A stretch of 64,000 nt of DNA from the NCBI GenBank assembly GCA_014323865.1, contig JACONG010000016.1:253982-317981 (forward strand), given 5' to 3'. Source of the DNA: Rhodospirillales bacterium (GTDB taxonomy: Bacteria > Pseudomonadota > Alphaproteobacteria > SP197). Positions 49,383 through 59,377 of the stretch are shown here, one piece after another. The notes under the pieces are model-generated. The model did not search any database and was not told the origin of the DNA. It worked only from the letters and a program-made list of their open reading frames with translations. Position 1 is the stretch's first letter. Each line of letters begins with the position of its first letter. The position numbers and the translations under genes are program-made.

Positions 49383-50399
49383 TCAGGCCCCCGGGACACC
49401 TCGGGTGGTCGAGTACTGGAAGTGAAGCGGTTTGTCCGGATAGACGAGATCATGGATGGCATGGGCTGCCATCGCCGTTTCGGAGAAGCCGGAGAGAATG
49501 AGCTTCAGCTTGCCGGGATAGGTCACAATGTCGCCGACGCCATAGATGCCGGGCGTGCTGGTCTGCGCCGTGGCGGGATCGGTGGTGATGAGGTTCTTTT
49601 CCAGATTGAGACCCCAGGCGGCGATCGGGCCGAGCTCCATACGCAGACCATAGAAGGGCAAGAGCAGATCGGCGTCGAGGCGGCGCTCGTTGCCGTCAAG
49701 GTCGGCCACGATCACGGCCGAGAGTTGTCCGCCTTCACCGTCGAGCCCGTGTAGATGGTACGGCACGACCAATTCGACCTCACCCGACTCGACCAGCGCC
49801 TGCATGCGCTTGACGCTGTCGGGTGCAGCACGGAATCGATCGCGACGATGGACAACCATGATCTCGTCGGCGATGCCGTGGAGACCGAGAGCCCAGTCCA
49901 GCGCGGAATCGCCGCCGCCCGCGATCACGACCTTCTTGCCGCGATGGTCCTCCTTGCGGGTCACGAGGTAGGCGACCGAACCGGTCTCCTCGTAAGTCTC
50001 GATACCGGACAGAGGCGGACGGTTGGGCCCGAAGGCACCGCAACCGGCGGCGACGACGATGGCCTTGCAGACGATCTCCGTGTCGGCCGACGTCCGCACG
50101 ACAAAGGCGCCGGCCTCGCCTTCCAAGGCAACCACCTGCTGGTCGAGATGGCAGACGGGATCGAACGGCGCGGCCTGCTGGTCGAGTTGACGGATCAATT
50201 CAGAGGCCTCGATCTCGGGATAGCCCGGAATGTCGTAGATCGGCTTCTCGGGGTAGAGCGCCGTGCATTGGCCGCCGACCGCATCGAGCGTGTCGACCAC
50301 ATGGCAGCGCATGTCGAGCATGCCCGCCTCGAAAACCTGGAAGAGACCGACCGGTCCCGCGCCGATGACCACGATGTCGGTCTCGTGCCGCTGTGCCAT
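49383..50399 (-). CDS. Ferredoxin--NADP+ reductase, thioredoxin-reductase-like type
   Basis: FAD motif VVIGAGPVGLF, NADP motif VVIAGGGDSALD, 338 aa. Confidence 0.85.
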   Translation of the reverse strand: MAQRHETDIVVIGAGPVGLFQVFEAGMLDMRCHVVDTLDAVGGQCTALYPEKPIYDIPGYPEIEASELIRQLDQQAAPFDPVCHLDQQVVALEGEAGAFVVRTSADTEIVCKAIVVAAGCGAFGPNRPPLSGIETYEETGSVAYLVTRKEDHRGKKVVIAGGGDSALDWALGLHGIADEIMVVHRRDRFRAAPDSVKRMQALVESGEVELVVPYHLHGLDGEGGQLSAVIVADLDGNERRLDADLLLPFYGLRMELGPIAAWGLNLEKNLITTDPATAQTSTPGIYGVGDIVTYPGKLKLILSGFSETAMAAHAIHDLVYPDKPLHFQYSTTRGVPGA

Positions 50400-50476
50400 G
50401 CGTTATCCCCGTGTAACCACCACCTGCCGCAGGGCCAGGCTTTCCTCGCGACCGCCGCGGGGCTAGGACTTACCCG

Positions 50477-51478
50477 ATGGAGGCTCATCTGAACAACCTG
50501 TCGCGTGACGAAGCCATCGGGAGGTTTTTGAACCGATGTGGTTGGGGCGATGCCGAACGACACCCACTGGCGGGCGATGCCTCGTTCCGGCGCTACGATC
50601 GCATCAGGGGGCCACGCGGGCGCGCCGTTCTGATGGATGCGCCGCCGCCGGAAGAGGATATTCGTCCATTCGTGACGGTGGCACGCCATCTCTCTGCGAC
50701 AGGTCTCGCCGCGCCGGCAATCCTGGACGAGGATGCCGAGGCTGGCTTCCTTCTGCTTGAGGATCTCGGAGACAGCATCTACACCCGTGTCCTGATCGGG
50801 AGCGACAACGAAATCACGCTCTACGTCGCCGCCATTGAGGCGCTTGCCGTCCTTCATCGTGCCGCATTGCTGCACGATCTGCCGCCCTACGACGACGATC
50901 TGCTCCACTTCGAGCTCTCGCTTCTGACCGACTGGTTTATGCCGCTCGCAGGCCTGGAACTGACCGCCGAGGGGCGCGACGAGTTCGTCGCGCTGTGGGA
51001 CGATCTGTTCCCGCTCGCGCGGCGGCTGCCCGATGTCGTCGTCCTGCGCGACTACCACGCCGACAATCTGCTCTGGCTTCCCGAGCGGGACGGAGTCAAA
51101 CGCGTCGGCCAGCTCGATTTCCAGGACGCCGTGATCGGGCCGGCCAGCTACGACATCGTCTCCCTGCTCAAGGATGCACGCCGTGACGTCGCGCCGGAGA
51201 CGGTCGAGGCGGCCATCGAGAGTTATCTCGCGGCGTTCCCGTCGCTCGACCGCGCCGACTTCGAAACCTCCTGTGCGGTCATGGGCGCGCACCGGAATTT
51301 GAAGATCGCCGGCATCTTCTGTCGCCTGCTCACGCGCGACGGCAAACCCGGCTACCAGGACTACATGCCCAGGGTCTGGGGCCATCTCGCCCATGAGCTG
51401 CGGCATCCGGCGCTCGCACCGCTAACGGACTGGCTCGACCGCTGGATCCCTTCGGAGAAGCGGACACGGGCCGCATGA
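50477..51478 (+). CDS. Aminoglycoside phosphotransferase (APH)-fold kinase, AmgK-like candidate anomeric sugar kinase
   Basis: APH-family features (…ASFRRYDRI…, …VVLRDYHADNLLWLPE…, …DFQDAVIGPASYD…); paired with the MurU-like nucleotidyltransferase downstream (overlapping start/stop). Confidence 0.7.
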   Translation: MEAHLNNLSRDEAIGRFLNRCGWGDAERHPLAGDASFRRYDRIRGPRGRAVLMDAPPPEEDIRPFVTVARHLSATGLAAPAILDEDAEAGFLLLEDLGDSIYTRVLIGSDNEITLYVAAIEALAVLHRAALLHDLPPYDDDLLHFELSLLTDWFMPLAGLELTAEGRDEFVALWDDLFPLARRLPDVVVLRDYHADNLLWLPERDGVKRVGQLDFQDAVIGPASYDIVSLLKDARRDVAPETVEAAIESYLAAFPSLDRADFETSCAVMGAHRNLKIAGIFCRLLTRDGKPGYQDYMPRVWGHLAHELRHPALAPLTDWLDRWIPSEKRTRAA

Positions 51479-52182
51479 TGGCGCCGTCGCGTGCGATGAT
51501 CCTCGCTGCCGGCCGGGGCATGCGCATGCGGCCGATCTCCGATCACACGCCCAAACCCCTGATCGAGATCGGCGGACGGTCGATGCTGGACCGCATGCTG
51601 GACCGCTTTCACGGCTTTGGCACCGTTGTGGTCAATGCCTGGCATCTTGCAGGCCGGATCGCTGACGCACTCGAACAACGCGGCGACCCCGCTGTCGTTC
51701 TGAGCCGGGAATCGGACCTGCTCGACACCGGCGGTGGCGTGCTGAATGCACTCGACATGCTGGGTGCCGATCCCTTCGTCGTCGCCAACGGTGACGTCCT
51801 GATTGCGGAACGCGGCACGCCGGCCCTGGAGATCCTGGCGGCAGCCTGGGATGAGCGCCGGATGGACGCGTTGCTGCTGCTCGTGCCGACAGCCGAGGCT
51901 GGAGGGTTTCGCGGTGCGGGGGACTTCTTCCTTGATGAGGATCATCGCCCGGTGCGCCGGGGCGAAGCCCCGCATGCCCCCTTCGTCTATGCCAGCCTCC
52001 AGATCGTTCATCCACGGCTGCTGCGCGATGCGCCGGAACCGCCGTTCTCCTTCAACCTGCTCTGGGACAAGGCGCTCGCCGCCGGTCGCCTGTTCGGTGT
52101 GCAGCACGACGGTGGCTGCTTCACGGTTGATACGCCCGAGAACCTCGAGGCAGCCGAGCGTTGGCTGAAGGACATGACATGA
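51475..52182 (+). CDS. Sugar-phosphate nucleotidyltransferase, MurU-like
   Basis: N-terminal NTP-binding loop ILAAGRGMRMRP (G-x-G-x-R-x-x-P type), 235 aa; start overlaps the kinase stop. Confidence 0.7.
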   Translation: MMAPSRAMILAAGRGMRMRPISDHTPKPLIEIGGRSMLDRMLDRFHGFGTVVVNAWHLAGRIADALEQRGDPAVVLSRESDLLDTGGGVLNALDMLGADPFVVANGDVLIAERGTPALEILAAAWDERRMDALLLLVPTAEAGGFRGAGDFFLDEDHRPVRRGEAPHAPFVYASLQIVHPRLLRDAPEPPFSFNLLWDKALAAGRLFGVQHDGGCFTVDTPENLEAAERWLKDMT

Positions 52183-55100
52183 AGGGCGTCTACAACATTC
52201 CGAGCGGGGTATCCTTCGTCGATGCGCTGGCTGCAGGGGTGTTACACGACACCAGGGGCGAGCCCGCCGCCCTGGATGATACGTTAATCCTGGTTCCCAC
52301 GCGGCGCGCCTCTCGCAGCCTGCGCGAGGCGTTCCTGCGCCAGTCGGACGGGCATGCGCTGATTCTGCCCGCGATCCGTCCGATCGGCGATGTGGACGAG
52401 GACGAACTCACGGTCTCGCTCGCCGGCGAACATGAAACCGGCCTCGACATCCTTCCTGCGATCACGCCGCTGCGCCGACAGCTCCTCCTGGCCCGGCAGA
52501 TCCGGAACGATCCTGAATTCGGCGTCACGAGCGACGAGCAGGCTGCCAAACTTGCCGAGGCCCTGGCGTCCTTCATCGACGAAGTCGACACGGCCGAGGT
52601 TTCGATGGATCGGCTCGACACCTTGGTCGAGGGCGATCTCGCCGAACACTGGCAAACGACGCTGGTGTTCCTGCGACGAGTTGTCGATGGCTGGCACCAG
52701 CAGTGCACCCGTGAGGAGCGGCTGGATCCGGCCCGTCGCCGCCGCATGTTGCTGGACACGCTGAACGAACGCTGGCGCCTCCGTCCTCCCCATCACCCTG
52801 TTATCGCTGCGGGTTCCACGGGCTCGATCCCATCGACGGCCAGGCTTCTCGCACGCATCGCCGCCCTGCCCCATGGCGCGGTCGTTCTTCCCGGGCTCGA
52901 TCGCGAGCTCGACGAGGCGGCTTGGGACGCGATCGAGGCCAGTCACCCCCAGCATGGCCTCAAGACCCTGCTCGATCACATCGGGATCGAACGGAAGATG
53001 GTGACGGACTGGGGGCCGCTCCCGGACTCCGGCCTGGTGCTCGGCAGTCCGGCGCGCCGCCGGCTGCTTTCCGACGCCCTTCGCCCCCCGTTGGCCGAAG
53101 GACCGGCTGTGGCGAACACTGCCGACGCCATCAGCGGTCTCGAACTCGCCGCCTGCGCCAACCCGCGGGAAGAGGCTCAGGTGGCTGCGCTGCGGATGCG
53201 CATTGCGCTGGAGGAACCGGAACGCACGGTTGCGCTGGTCACGCGCGACCGGTCGATCGCCCGTCGCGTGGCATCGGAACTGCGGCGCTGGAACATCGAT
53301 GTCGACGACTCGGCCGGTATGGCGCTTGGCGCGGCCCCGGCGGGCGTGTTCTTCCGCTTGCTGGCCCGCGCCCTCGCCGCGAACTGGGCACCCGTCCCCG
53401 TGCTCGCGCTGCTGAAGCACCCGTTTCTGCGTCTCGGCCGCGACCCTGCCGAGATCCGTCCGCTGGTTCGCCGCCTCGAACGCAGGGCGCTGCGCGGCCC
53501 GCGCCCGGCGCCCGGGATCGACGGTCTGCGGGATGCCGTCGACGAAAATGCCGATCTCCAAGGCTTTCTTGACGAGATCAGCAGCGCTATCGGGGGATTT
53601 GCCGAGCAACTGGCCACACAGGCTGCGCCGCTCGCGCTTCTGATCGAGGCCCATGGCCGGGCGTTCGAGGCATTGGCACGTCCGGCGGACGCGTCAACCG
53701 GATCGATCTGGCAGCACGATGACGGAGAAGCGCTGCACAGCTTTGTCGCGGAGATGCGCGACCATGCGGGCGCCTTCGGATTGATCCAGACCGAAGCCTA
53801 CCCCGCCCTGCTCGACACCCTGATGGCGCAGCGCGTCGTCAGGCCGCGCTTCGGCAAACACCCCCGTGCCTTCATCTGGGGGCCGCTCGAGGCCCGCATG
53901 CAGCACGCCGACTGCGTCATCCTGTCCGGCCTGGTCGAAGGCAACTGGCCACCTGAACCGCCCCACGACCCCTGGCTCAGCCGACCGATGCGCAGGCGCT
54001 TCGGCCTGGACACCCCGGAGCAACGCATCGGCCTCGCCGCGCACGATTTTGTTCAGGCCGCTTCGGCCGCCAACGTGCTGCTGCTTTACTCCGAACGCGC
54101 GGACGGCGCACCGACGGTTCCGGCGCGTTGGCTCGTACGCCTGCGCGCCCGGCTTGATGCCTGCGGTCTCGCACGCGAGACATTGGCCGGTGCCACGCTC
54201 TGGCGGCGCTGGCAGACGGTCCTGGACCGTCCGCCGCTGGTCGAACCTGTCGAGCAGCCGCAGCCGCGCCCCCCGATCGAGGACCGTCCCCGAAATCTGT
54301 CCGTCACCCAGATTGCGCTCTGGCAACGTAACCCCTATGCGATCTACGCGCGCCATGTCCTTGGTCTCAGGCCGCTCGACGAGATCGACGAAGACGCCGA
54401 CGCCGCCATGCGCGGCAGCTTCATCCACGAGGCCCTGGAACGTTTCGTCACGGAGTTTCCCGACAACCTGCCATCCGATGCGCTGGATCGCCTGCTGGAT
54501 CATGGGCGCAACATCCTCGGTCCGATGCTGGAGCGCCCGGTGGTCGCAGCCTTCTGGTGGCAGCGCTTCGAGCATATCGCGGGCTGGTTCGTGGAGGAGG
54601 AACGACGGCGACGCGACCGCATCACCAGAATCGTGGCTGAGACAAGCGGATCGCTCGAGATCGACGACGGTTCGGGCGGACGGTTCCGGCTGACGGCGAA
54701 GGCGGACAGGCTTGAAATAGGCGATGACGGCCGCATCGCCGTGGTCGACTACAAGACTGGCGCACCGCCGACCAGGAAGGATGTAATCAGCGGGATGGCC
54801 CCGCAGCTGCCGCTCGAGGCTGCCATGGTCGAGGCTGGCGGATTCGAGGATCTGGAGCAGGCATCGGTCGCGAGCCTCGAGCACTGGAAGCTGACCGGCG
54901 GTCATATCGGTGGCAAGATCACTACGATCGCGGATGAGACCGACCAGATCGCACGGGACGCACGGGACGGCCTGCAACGCCTCGTGTCGATCTTCGCCCG
55001 ACCGGAGACGGCTTATCTGGACCATCCTGCGGGCGAGCCCGTTCATCGGTTCGACCCCTACCTCGATGTCGCTCGCACCAACGAATGGCGCCTGGGCTGG

Positions 55101-55187
55101 GGCCAACCGCTGGACGATGTTGCGTTCGTCGACGTGCCGGAGAGCGGGACGCCTCGCCCTCGGGCATCCGACCCGCGGCAACAGGCC
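52179..55187 (+). CDS. addB: Double-strand break repair protein AddB; no stop codon of its own, reads in frame into addA
   Basis: ATG 52179 overlaps the upstream stop (ATGA). About 1003 codons of AddB-like sequence including a C-terminal nuclease region. The C-terminal boundary 55187 is nominal (just before the first plausible addA ATG at 55188). Confidence 0.75.
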
Positions 55188-58100
55188 ATGTCGGACCCGA
55201 ACATGTCGGTCTGGGTGGCGGCCTCGGCCGGCACCGGAAAGACCAAGGTGCTGACCGACCGCGTGCTGCGTCTTCTGCTCGACGGCAACCCACCCTCACG
55301 CATCCTCTGCCTGACGTTCACACGCGCCGCCGCGGCAGAGATGGCCAACCGCATCCGCCAGGAGCTGGCCGGCTGGTCGGCCATGGACAACACCGACCTC
55401 CGTACCGATCTCACCGCGCTGACCGGATCGGAGCCCGATGACGACGTGATGGCACGCGCGCGCATCCTGTTCGCGGCCACGCTCGACGCGCCGGGCGGCC
55501 TGCAGATTGCCACGATCCACAGCTTCTGCCAGTCACTCCTGGGACGCTTTCCACTCGAGGCTGGTATCGCCCCCCATTTCGGGCTGATCGAGGATCGCGC
55601 CCGTTCCGAGCTCCTGCAGGCGGCACGCGACAGCGTCATCGGCCGCATCGCGGCAGGGCGTGCGCCGGCGCTTCGCTCCGCGCTCGACAGGCTCTTGCTG
55701 GAGGCCGGAGAAGGTCGGGCCAGCGCGCTGCTGCAGGAGATCTGCGACAGCGCCGCCGCGTTCGACCACATGCTGCGGCGCTACGGTACCCTCGACGAGG
55801 CTTTGCGCGCCTTGGCGATGGGCCTCCAGATCGATCCCGACCAGACCGACCGGGATGTCGTCGCCAAGGCCTGCCGCGACCGGGAGATGGACGGCGACGC
55901 TCTGCGGCGTGCCGCCGAAGCCCTGTCGGGTGGCGGCAAGACAGACATCGAGGCGGCCGATGCAATCGCTCCGTTCCTGGCAGCAGCCGAAGCCGATCGC
56001 CCGGATTTCTTCCACACCTACGCCAGTGCCTTCCTCAAGAGGGATTGGACCCCCGGCTCGCGACCGGTCGGCAGCAAGGCCGTACGCGAAAGCCATCCCG
56101 ATCTCGCCGAGGCACTCGATGGGGAACGCGAGCGCCTTGCCCTGGTCTTCGAGCGGCTGAAGGCGTTCGAGACCTTCGAGCGAACGCGGGCCGTGCTTGT
56201 GCTGGGTGCGGATATCCTGACCGATTTCCGGCGGATGAAGGCAGCCATGGCCATGCTCGACTATGATGACATGATCGAACACGCGCGTGCACTGCTGTCG
56301 AAGCCCGATATCGCGCCCTGGGTTCTGTTCAAGCTCGACGGCGGTATCGACCATGTTCTCGTCGACGAAGCCCAGGACACCAATTCCGCCCAGTGGGACG
56401 TGATCCTGAAGCTGACCGAGGAGTTCTTTGACGGAGCGGGCGACCGGGAGCGGCCGCGCACGATCTTCGTTGTCGGTGACGAGAAGCAGTCGATCTTCAG
56501 CTTTCAGGGCGCCGATCTGGACGCCTTCCAGGCGGTGCGCCGGACTCTGGAGGAGCGCGCTGCCCCCGGTACCTGGCTGGCCGACAGCCTGGACCTTTCG
56601 TTCCGCTCGGTGCCCGCCATCCTCAATCTGGTCGACGCTGTGTTCGACAGTCCCGAGGCCTCATCGGGCGTCGTTTTCCGCGGCGAGACCATTCGCCACG
56701 AGTCCTTTCGCAAGGAGGACGGCGGCATGGTCGAGGTCTGGCCCGTACTGCATGCTGAGACGCCGGAGCTCGGCGATCCCTGGACACGCTGTCTCGACAG
56801 CTCCCAACCGCGCGACCACAACACACGACTCGCCGCCGCCATGGCGCAGCGCATCGCCGAACTGACAGGCGCCGACGGCGGGCCCGGAGAGATTCTCGCG
56901 TCGCGCGGTGACACCGTGAGGGCCGGCGATGTTCTGGTTCTGGTGCGTCGCCGGAGCGACTTTGTGACCGCCCTGGTGCGCGAACTGCGTCGCGCTGGGG
57001 TGGCCGTGGCCGGCGTCGACCGCATGGATCTGACGGGCGAAATCGTCGTGCGCGATCTCCTCGCTCTGGGACGACTCTGCCTGCTTCCCGAAGACGACCT
57101 GTCCCTCGCCAGCGTGCTCAAGGGCCCCTTCGTGGGTTTCGACGACGATCTGCTCTTCCAGCTCGCAACGAACCGGCAGGACGACACAACGCTCTGGCAA
57201 ACGCTGCGCCAGCGCCGCAACGAGGCGCCGGCCTTCGATCGTGCCGCATCATGGATCGAAAGCCTCCTCAGCATGACGGATCTTGCCGCACCGTTCGATT
57301 TTTTCGACCGGTTACTGACTCTGCCGTGTGCCAGCGCCGAGGGATTCAACGGCCGCAAGGCGCTGATCCATCGCCTCGGGCTGGAAGCCCAGGACCCGCT
57401 CGACGAATTCCTCAACCTCGCACTGGCTTACGAGCGCGATCATGCCCCCTCGCTGCAGGGATTCGTGTGGTGGATCTCCAGCGGCACCGCCGAGGTCAAG
57501 CGCGAGGCTGAGACAGCGGGCGACACAGTGCGCATCATGACCGTGCATGGCTGCAAGGGCCTTCAGGCACCCGTCGTCTTTCTCGTCGACGACATGGGAC
57601 GTGACCGATCGGGTCCGTCGATCCACTGGGATCCCCGGGTCTTGCTGCCGTTGTGGGTCGGCGCTGCGGCGGTCCGAACGACGTGGGGCGACAGTCTCTC
57701 CGACGCACGCAGCCGCAAGGCCGCCGAAGAGGAACGCCGCCTGCTTTACGTCGCCCTGACACGGCCCAGGGACCGTCTCTATGTCTGTGCGGCGCAGAAG
57801 GGCAGCAACGAGAAACTCGGAACATGGCACGACATGATTGCCAAGGCGCTCTCCGGACTCGATGGCCGTGCATCGGTCGCGGTGCCGTTCGACGGCGAGG
57901 CCTGGCGTCTGACGTGCCCGCAGGTCCGGCCGGTCGACCTGCAGCCGGTCGGTCCGGACCGTGACGTCGCGATCGTGAATCTACCGTCCGAAGCAACGAT
58001 GGACCTGCCCGCCGAAAGAGCCATCGACCGGCCGATCAGTCCGTCACGTCTGACCGGGGCCGAGGCGTTACCGCGCTCACCGCTCGGCGAACGGGATGAC

Positions 58101-58622
58101 GGCGCCGCACTGAAACGCGGCCGCCTGGTGCATCGCCTGCTGGAGTTGTTGCCACCGGTTCCGCTCGACAGGCGAACAGCGGCAGCCGGACGACTCATTA
58201 CGTCACACGCTCCCGAACTTTCCGACACGGAACAACGGGACATCGCGGACCGCGTGCTCGCTCTTTTGGACGACCCTGCCTACGCCTTCGTGTTCGGGCC
58301 GGGAAGTCGTGCCGAAGTGGCGGTGTCGGGTGTGCTGGGCGAGATGGTTGTAGCAGGCCAGATCGACCGTCTGGCCGTGTCGCATGAGAAGGTCGCGATC
58401 ATCGACTTCAAGACCGGACGGAATGCTCCTGACGTCGCGGACAAGACTCCAGTCGCCTATCTCAAACAACTTGCTGGCTATCGCGAACTTGTGCGCCTGA
58501 TCTACAAGGATCGATCAATATCCTGTTCTTTACTTTGGACTGATATACCTTCACTGGTGGAGATCCCGAGTTCTCTTCTGGATACCCACAGACTGCCGTC
58601 ATGGCAGGCTTGCACCGCTTGA
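55188..58622 (+). CDS. addA: Double-strand break repair helicase/nuclease AddA (UvrD-like)
   Basis: …ASDPRQQAMSDPNMSVWVAASAGTGKTKVLTDRV… (Walker A), UvrD helicase motifs, C-terminal RecB-type nuclease (…VAIIDFKTG…). Start nominal at ATG 55188; a GTG start around 55130 is equally possible. Confidence 0.75.
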   Translation: MSDPNMSVWVAASAGTGKTKVLTDRVLRLLLDGNPPSRILCLTFTRAAAAEMANRIRQELAGWSAMDNTDLRTDLTALTGSEPDDDVMARARILFAATLDAPGGLQIATIHSFCQSLLGRFPLEAGIAPHFGLIEDRARSELLQAARDSVIGRIAAGRAPALRSALDRLLLEAGEGRASALLQEICDSAAAFDHMLRRYGTLDEALRALAMGLQIDPDQTDRDVVAKACRDREMDGDALRRAAEALSGGGKTDIEAADAIAPFLAAAEADRPDFFHTYASAFLKRDWTPGSRPVGSKAVRESHPDLAEALDGERERLALVFERLKAFETFERTRAVLVLGADILTDFRRMKAAMAMLDYDDMIEHARALLSKPDIAPWVLFKLDGGIDHVLVDEAQDTNSAQWDVILKLTEEFFDGAGDRERPRTIFVVGDEKQSIFSFQGADLDAFQAVRRTLEERAAPGTWLADSLDLSFRSVPAILNLVDAVFDSPEASSGVVFRGETIRHESFRKEDGGMVEVWPVLHAETPELGDPWTRCLDSSQPRDHNTRLAAAMAQRIAELTGADGGPGEILASRGDTVRAGDVLVLVRRRSDFVTALVRELRRAGVAVAGVDRMDLTGEIVVRDLLALGRLCLLPEDDLSLASVLKGPFVGFDDDLLFQLATNRQDDTTLWQTLRQRRNEAPAFDRAASWIESLLSMTDLAAPFDFFDRLLTLPCASAEGFNGRKALIHRLGLEAQDPLDEFLNLALAYERDHAPSLQGFVWWISSGTAEVKREAETAGDTVRIMTVHGCKGLQAPVVFLVDDMGRDRSGPSIHWDPRVLLPLWVGAAAVRTTWGDSLSDARSRKAAEEERRLLYVALTRPRDRLYVCAAQKGSNEKLGTWHDMIAKALSGLDGRASVAVPFDGEAWRLTCPQVRPVDLQPVGPDRDVAIVNLPSEATMDLPAERAIDRPISPSRLTGAEALPRSPLGERDDGAALKRGRLVHRLLELLPPVPLDRRTAAAGRLITSHAPELSDTEQRDIADRVLALLDDPAYAFVFGPGSRAEVAVSGVLGEMVVAGQIDRLAVSHEKVAIIDFKTGRNAPDVADKTPVAYLKQLAGYRELVRLIYKDRSISCSLLWTDIPSLVEIPSSLLDTHRLPSWQACTA

Positions 58623-58718
58623 CGCCTTGGCGGGGCCTTCCTAAATACGTCGTCCACTCGGGATCATGGCCTGCCTGCCAGCGAGACCGGGAGCAACAAA
58701 TCAGGAGAGACGAGGACC

Positions 58719-59039
58719 ATGAGCATCCAGCATACGACCGATGATTCGTTCGAACAGGATGTCCTCAACGCAGATGGCCCCGTGCTGGTCGATTTCTGGG
58801 CCGAGTGGTGCGGACCCTGCAAGCAGATTGCGCCCGCGCTCGAGGGCCTGTCCCAGGACTACGGCGACAAGGTCCAGGTCGTGAAGGTCAACATCGACGA
58901 GAATCCCGGCACCCCGTCGAAGTACGGCGTGCGCGGCGTCCCGACGATGATGATGTTCAAGGGCGGCGAAGTCGCCGCCGTGAAGGTCGGCGCCCTGCCC
59001 AAGAGCAAACTCTACGAGTGGGTCGACGGCGCGATGTGA
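58719..59039 (+). CDS. trxA: Thioredoxin
   Basis: WAEWCGPCK active site; 106 aa; conserved position after addA. Confidence 0.9.
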   Translation: MSIQHTTDDSFEQDVLNADGPVLVDFWAEWCGPCKQIAPALEGLSQDYGDKVQVVKVNIDENPGTPSKYGVRGVPTMMMFKGGEVAAVKVGALPKSKLYEWVDGAM

Positions 59040-59148
59040 GATCTTGCGCCAGCGGGTGACCGCCGGCGCCGCGCTTCTCGCGACAATGTGAAGGTTCTGC
59101 GAGCGCCGCAACCTTGGTGCCGCTACCGCTTGGCATCATAATCGCCCG

Positions 59149-59322
59149 GTGAAGCTGGGCGACTATCTGACCACCTCGGGATTCTCCGTACGGGACCTTG
59201 CCAGAACGGTAAACTTCACCGAAGCGGCGATGAGTCGGTATGTCTCGGGCAAGCTTCTGCCCCGCGCCGAGATCATGCAGCGCATCGTCGAGGCGACCGA
59301 AGGCGAAGTTCAAGCCCAATGA
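59149..59322 (+). CDS. Small XRE-type helix-turn-helix protein (57 aa, GTG start)
   Basis: Manual translation: MKLGDYLTTSGFSVRDLARTVNFTEAAMSRYVSGKLLPRAEIMQRIVEATEGEVQAQ* has the HTH_3-like pattern (…LA…VN.TEAAMSRYVSGK…). Below the 60-aa track cutoff. Confidence 0.4.
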   Translation: MKLGDYLTTSGFSVRDLARTVNFTEAAMSRYVSGKLLPRAEIMQRIVEATEGEVQAQ

Positions 59323-59377
59323 CTTCTTTGAGCGTGCACACGTGGCCGCGCCACGATCCGGCCGGGACGGTCCTGTC

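Noticed and set aside
52161-58622. Treating the 2153-aa track ORF as one ordinary gene
   Set aside because: Its two halves correspond in size and motifs to AddB (about 1003 aa) and AddA (about 1145 aa). I annotated them as two genes and flagged the missing stop as a finding rather than accepting a single fused product as established.
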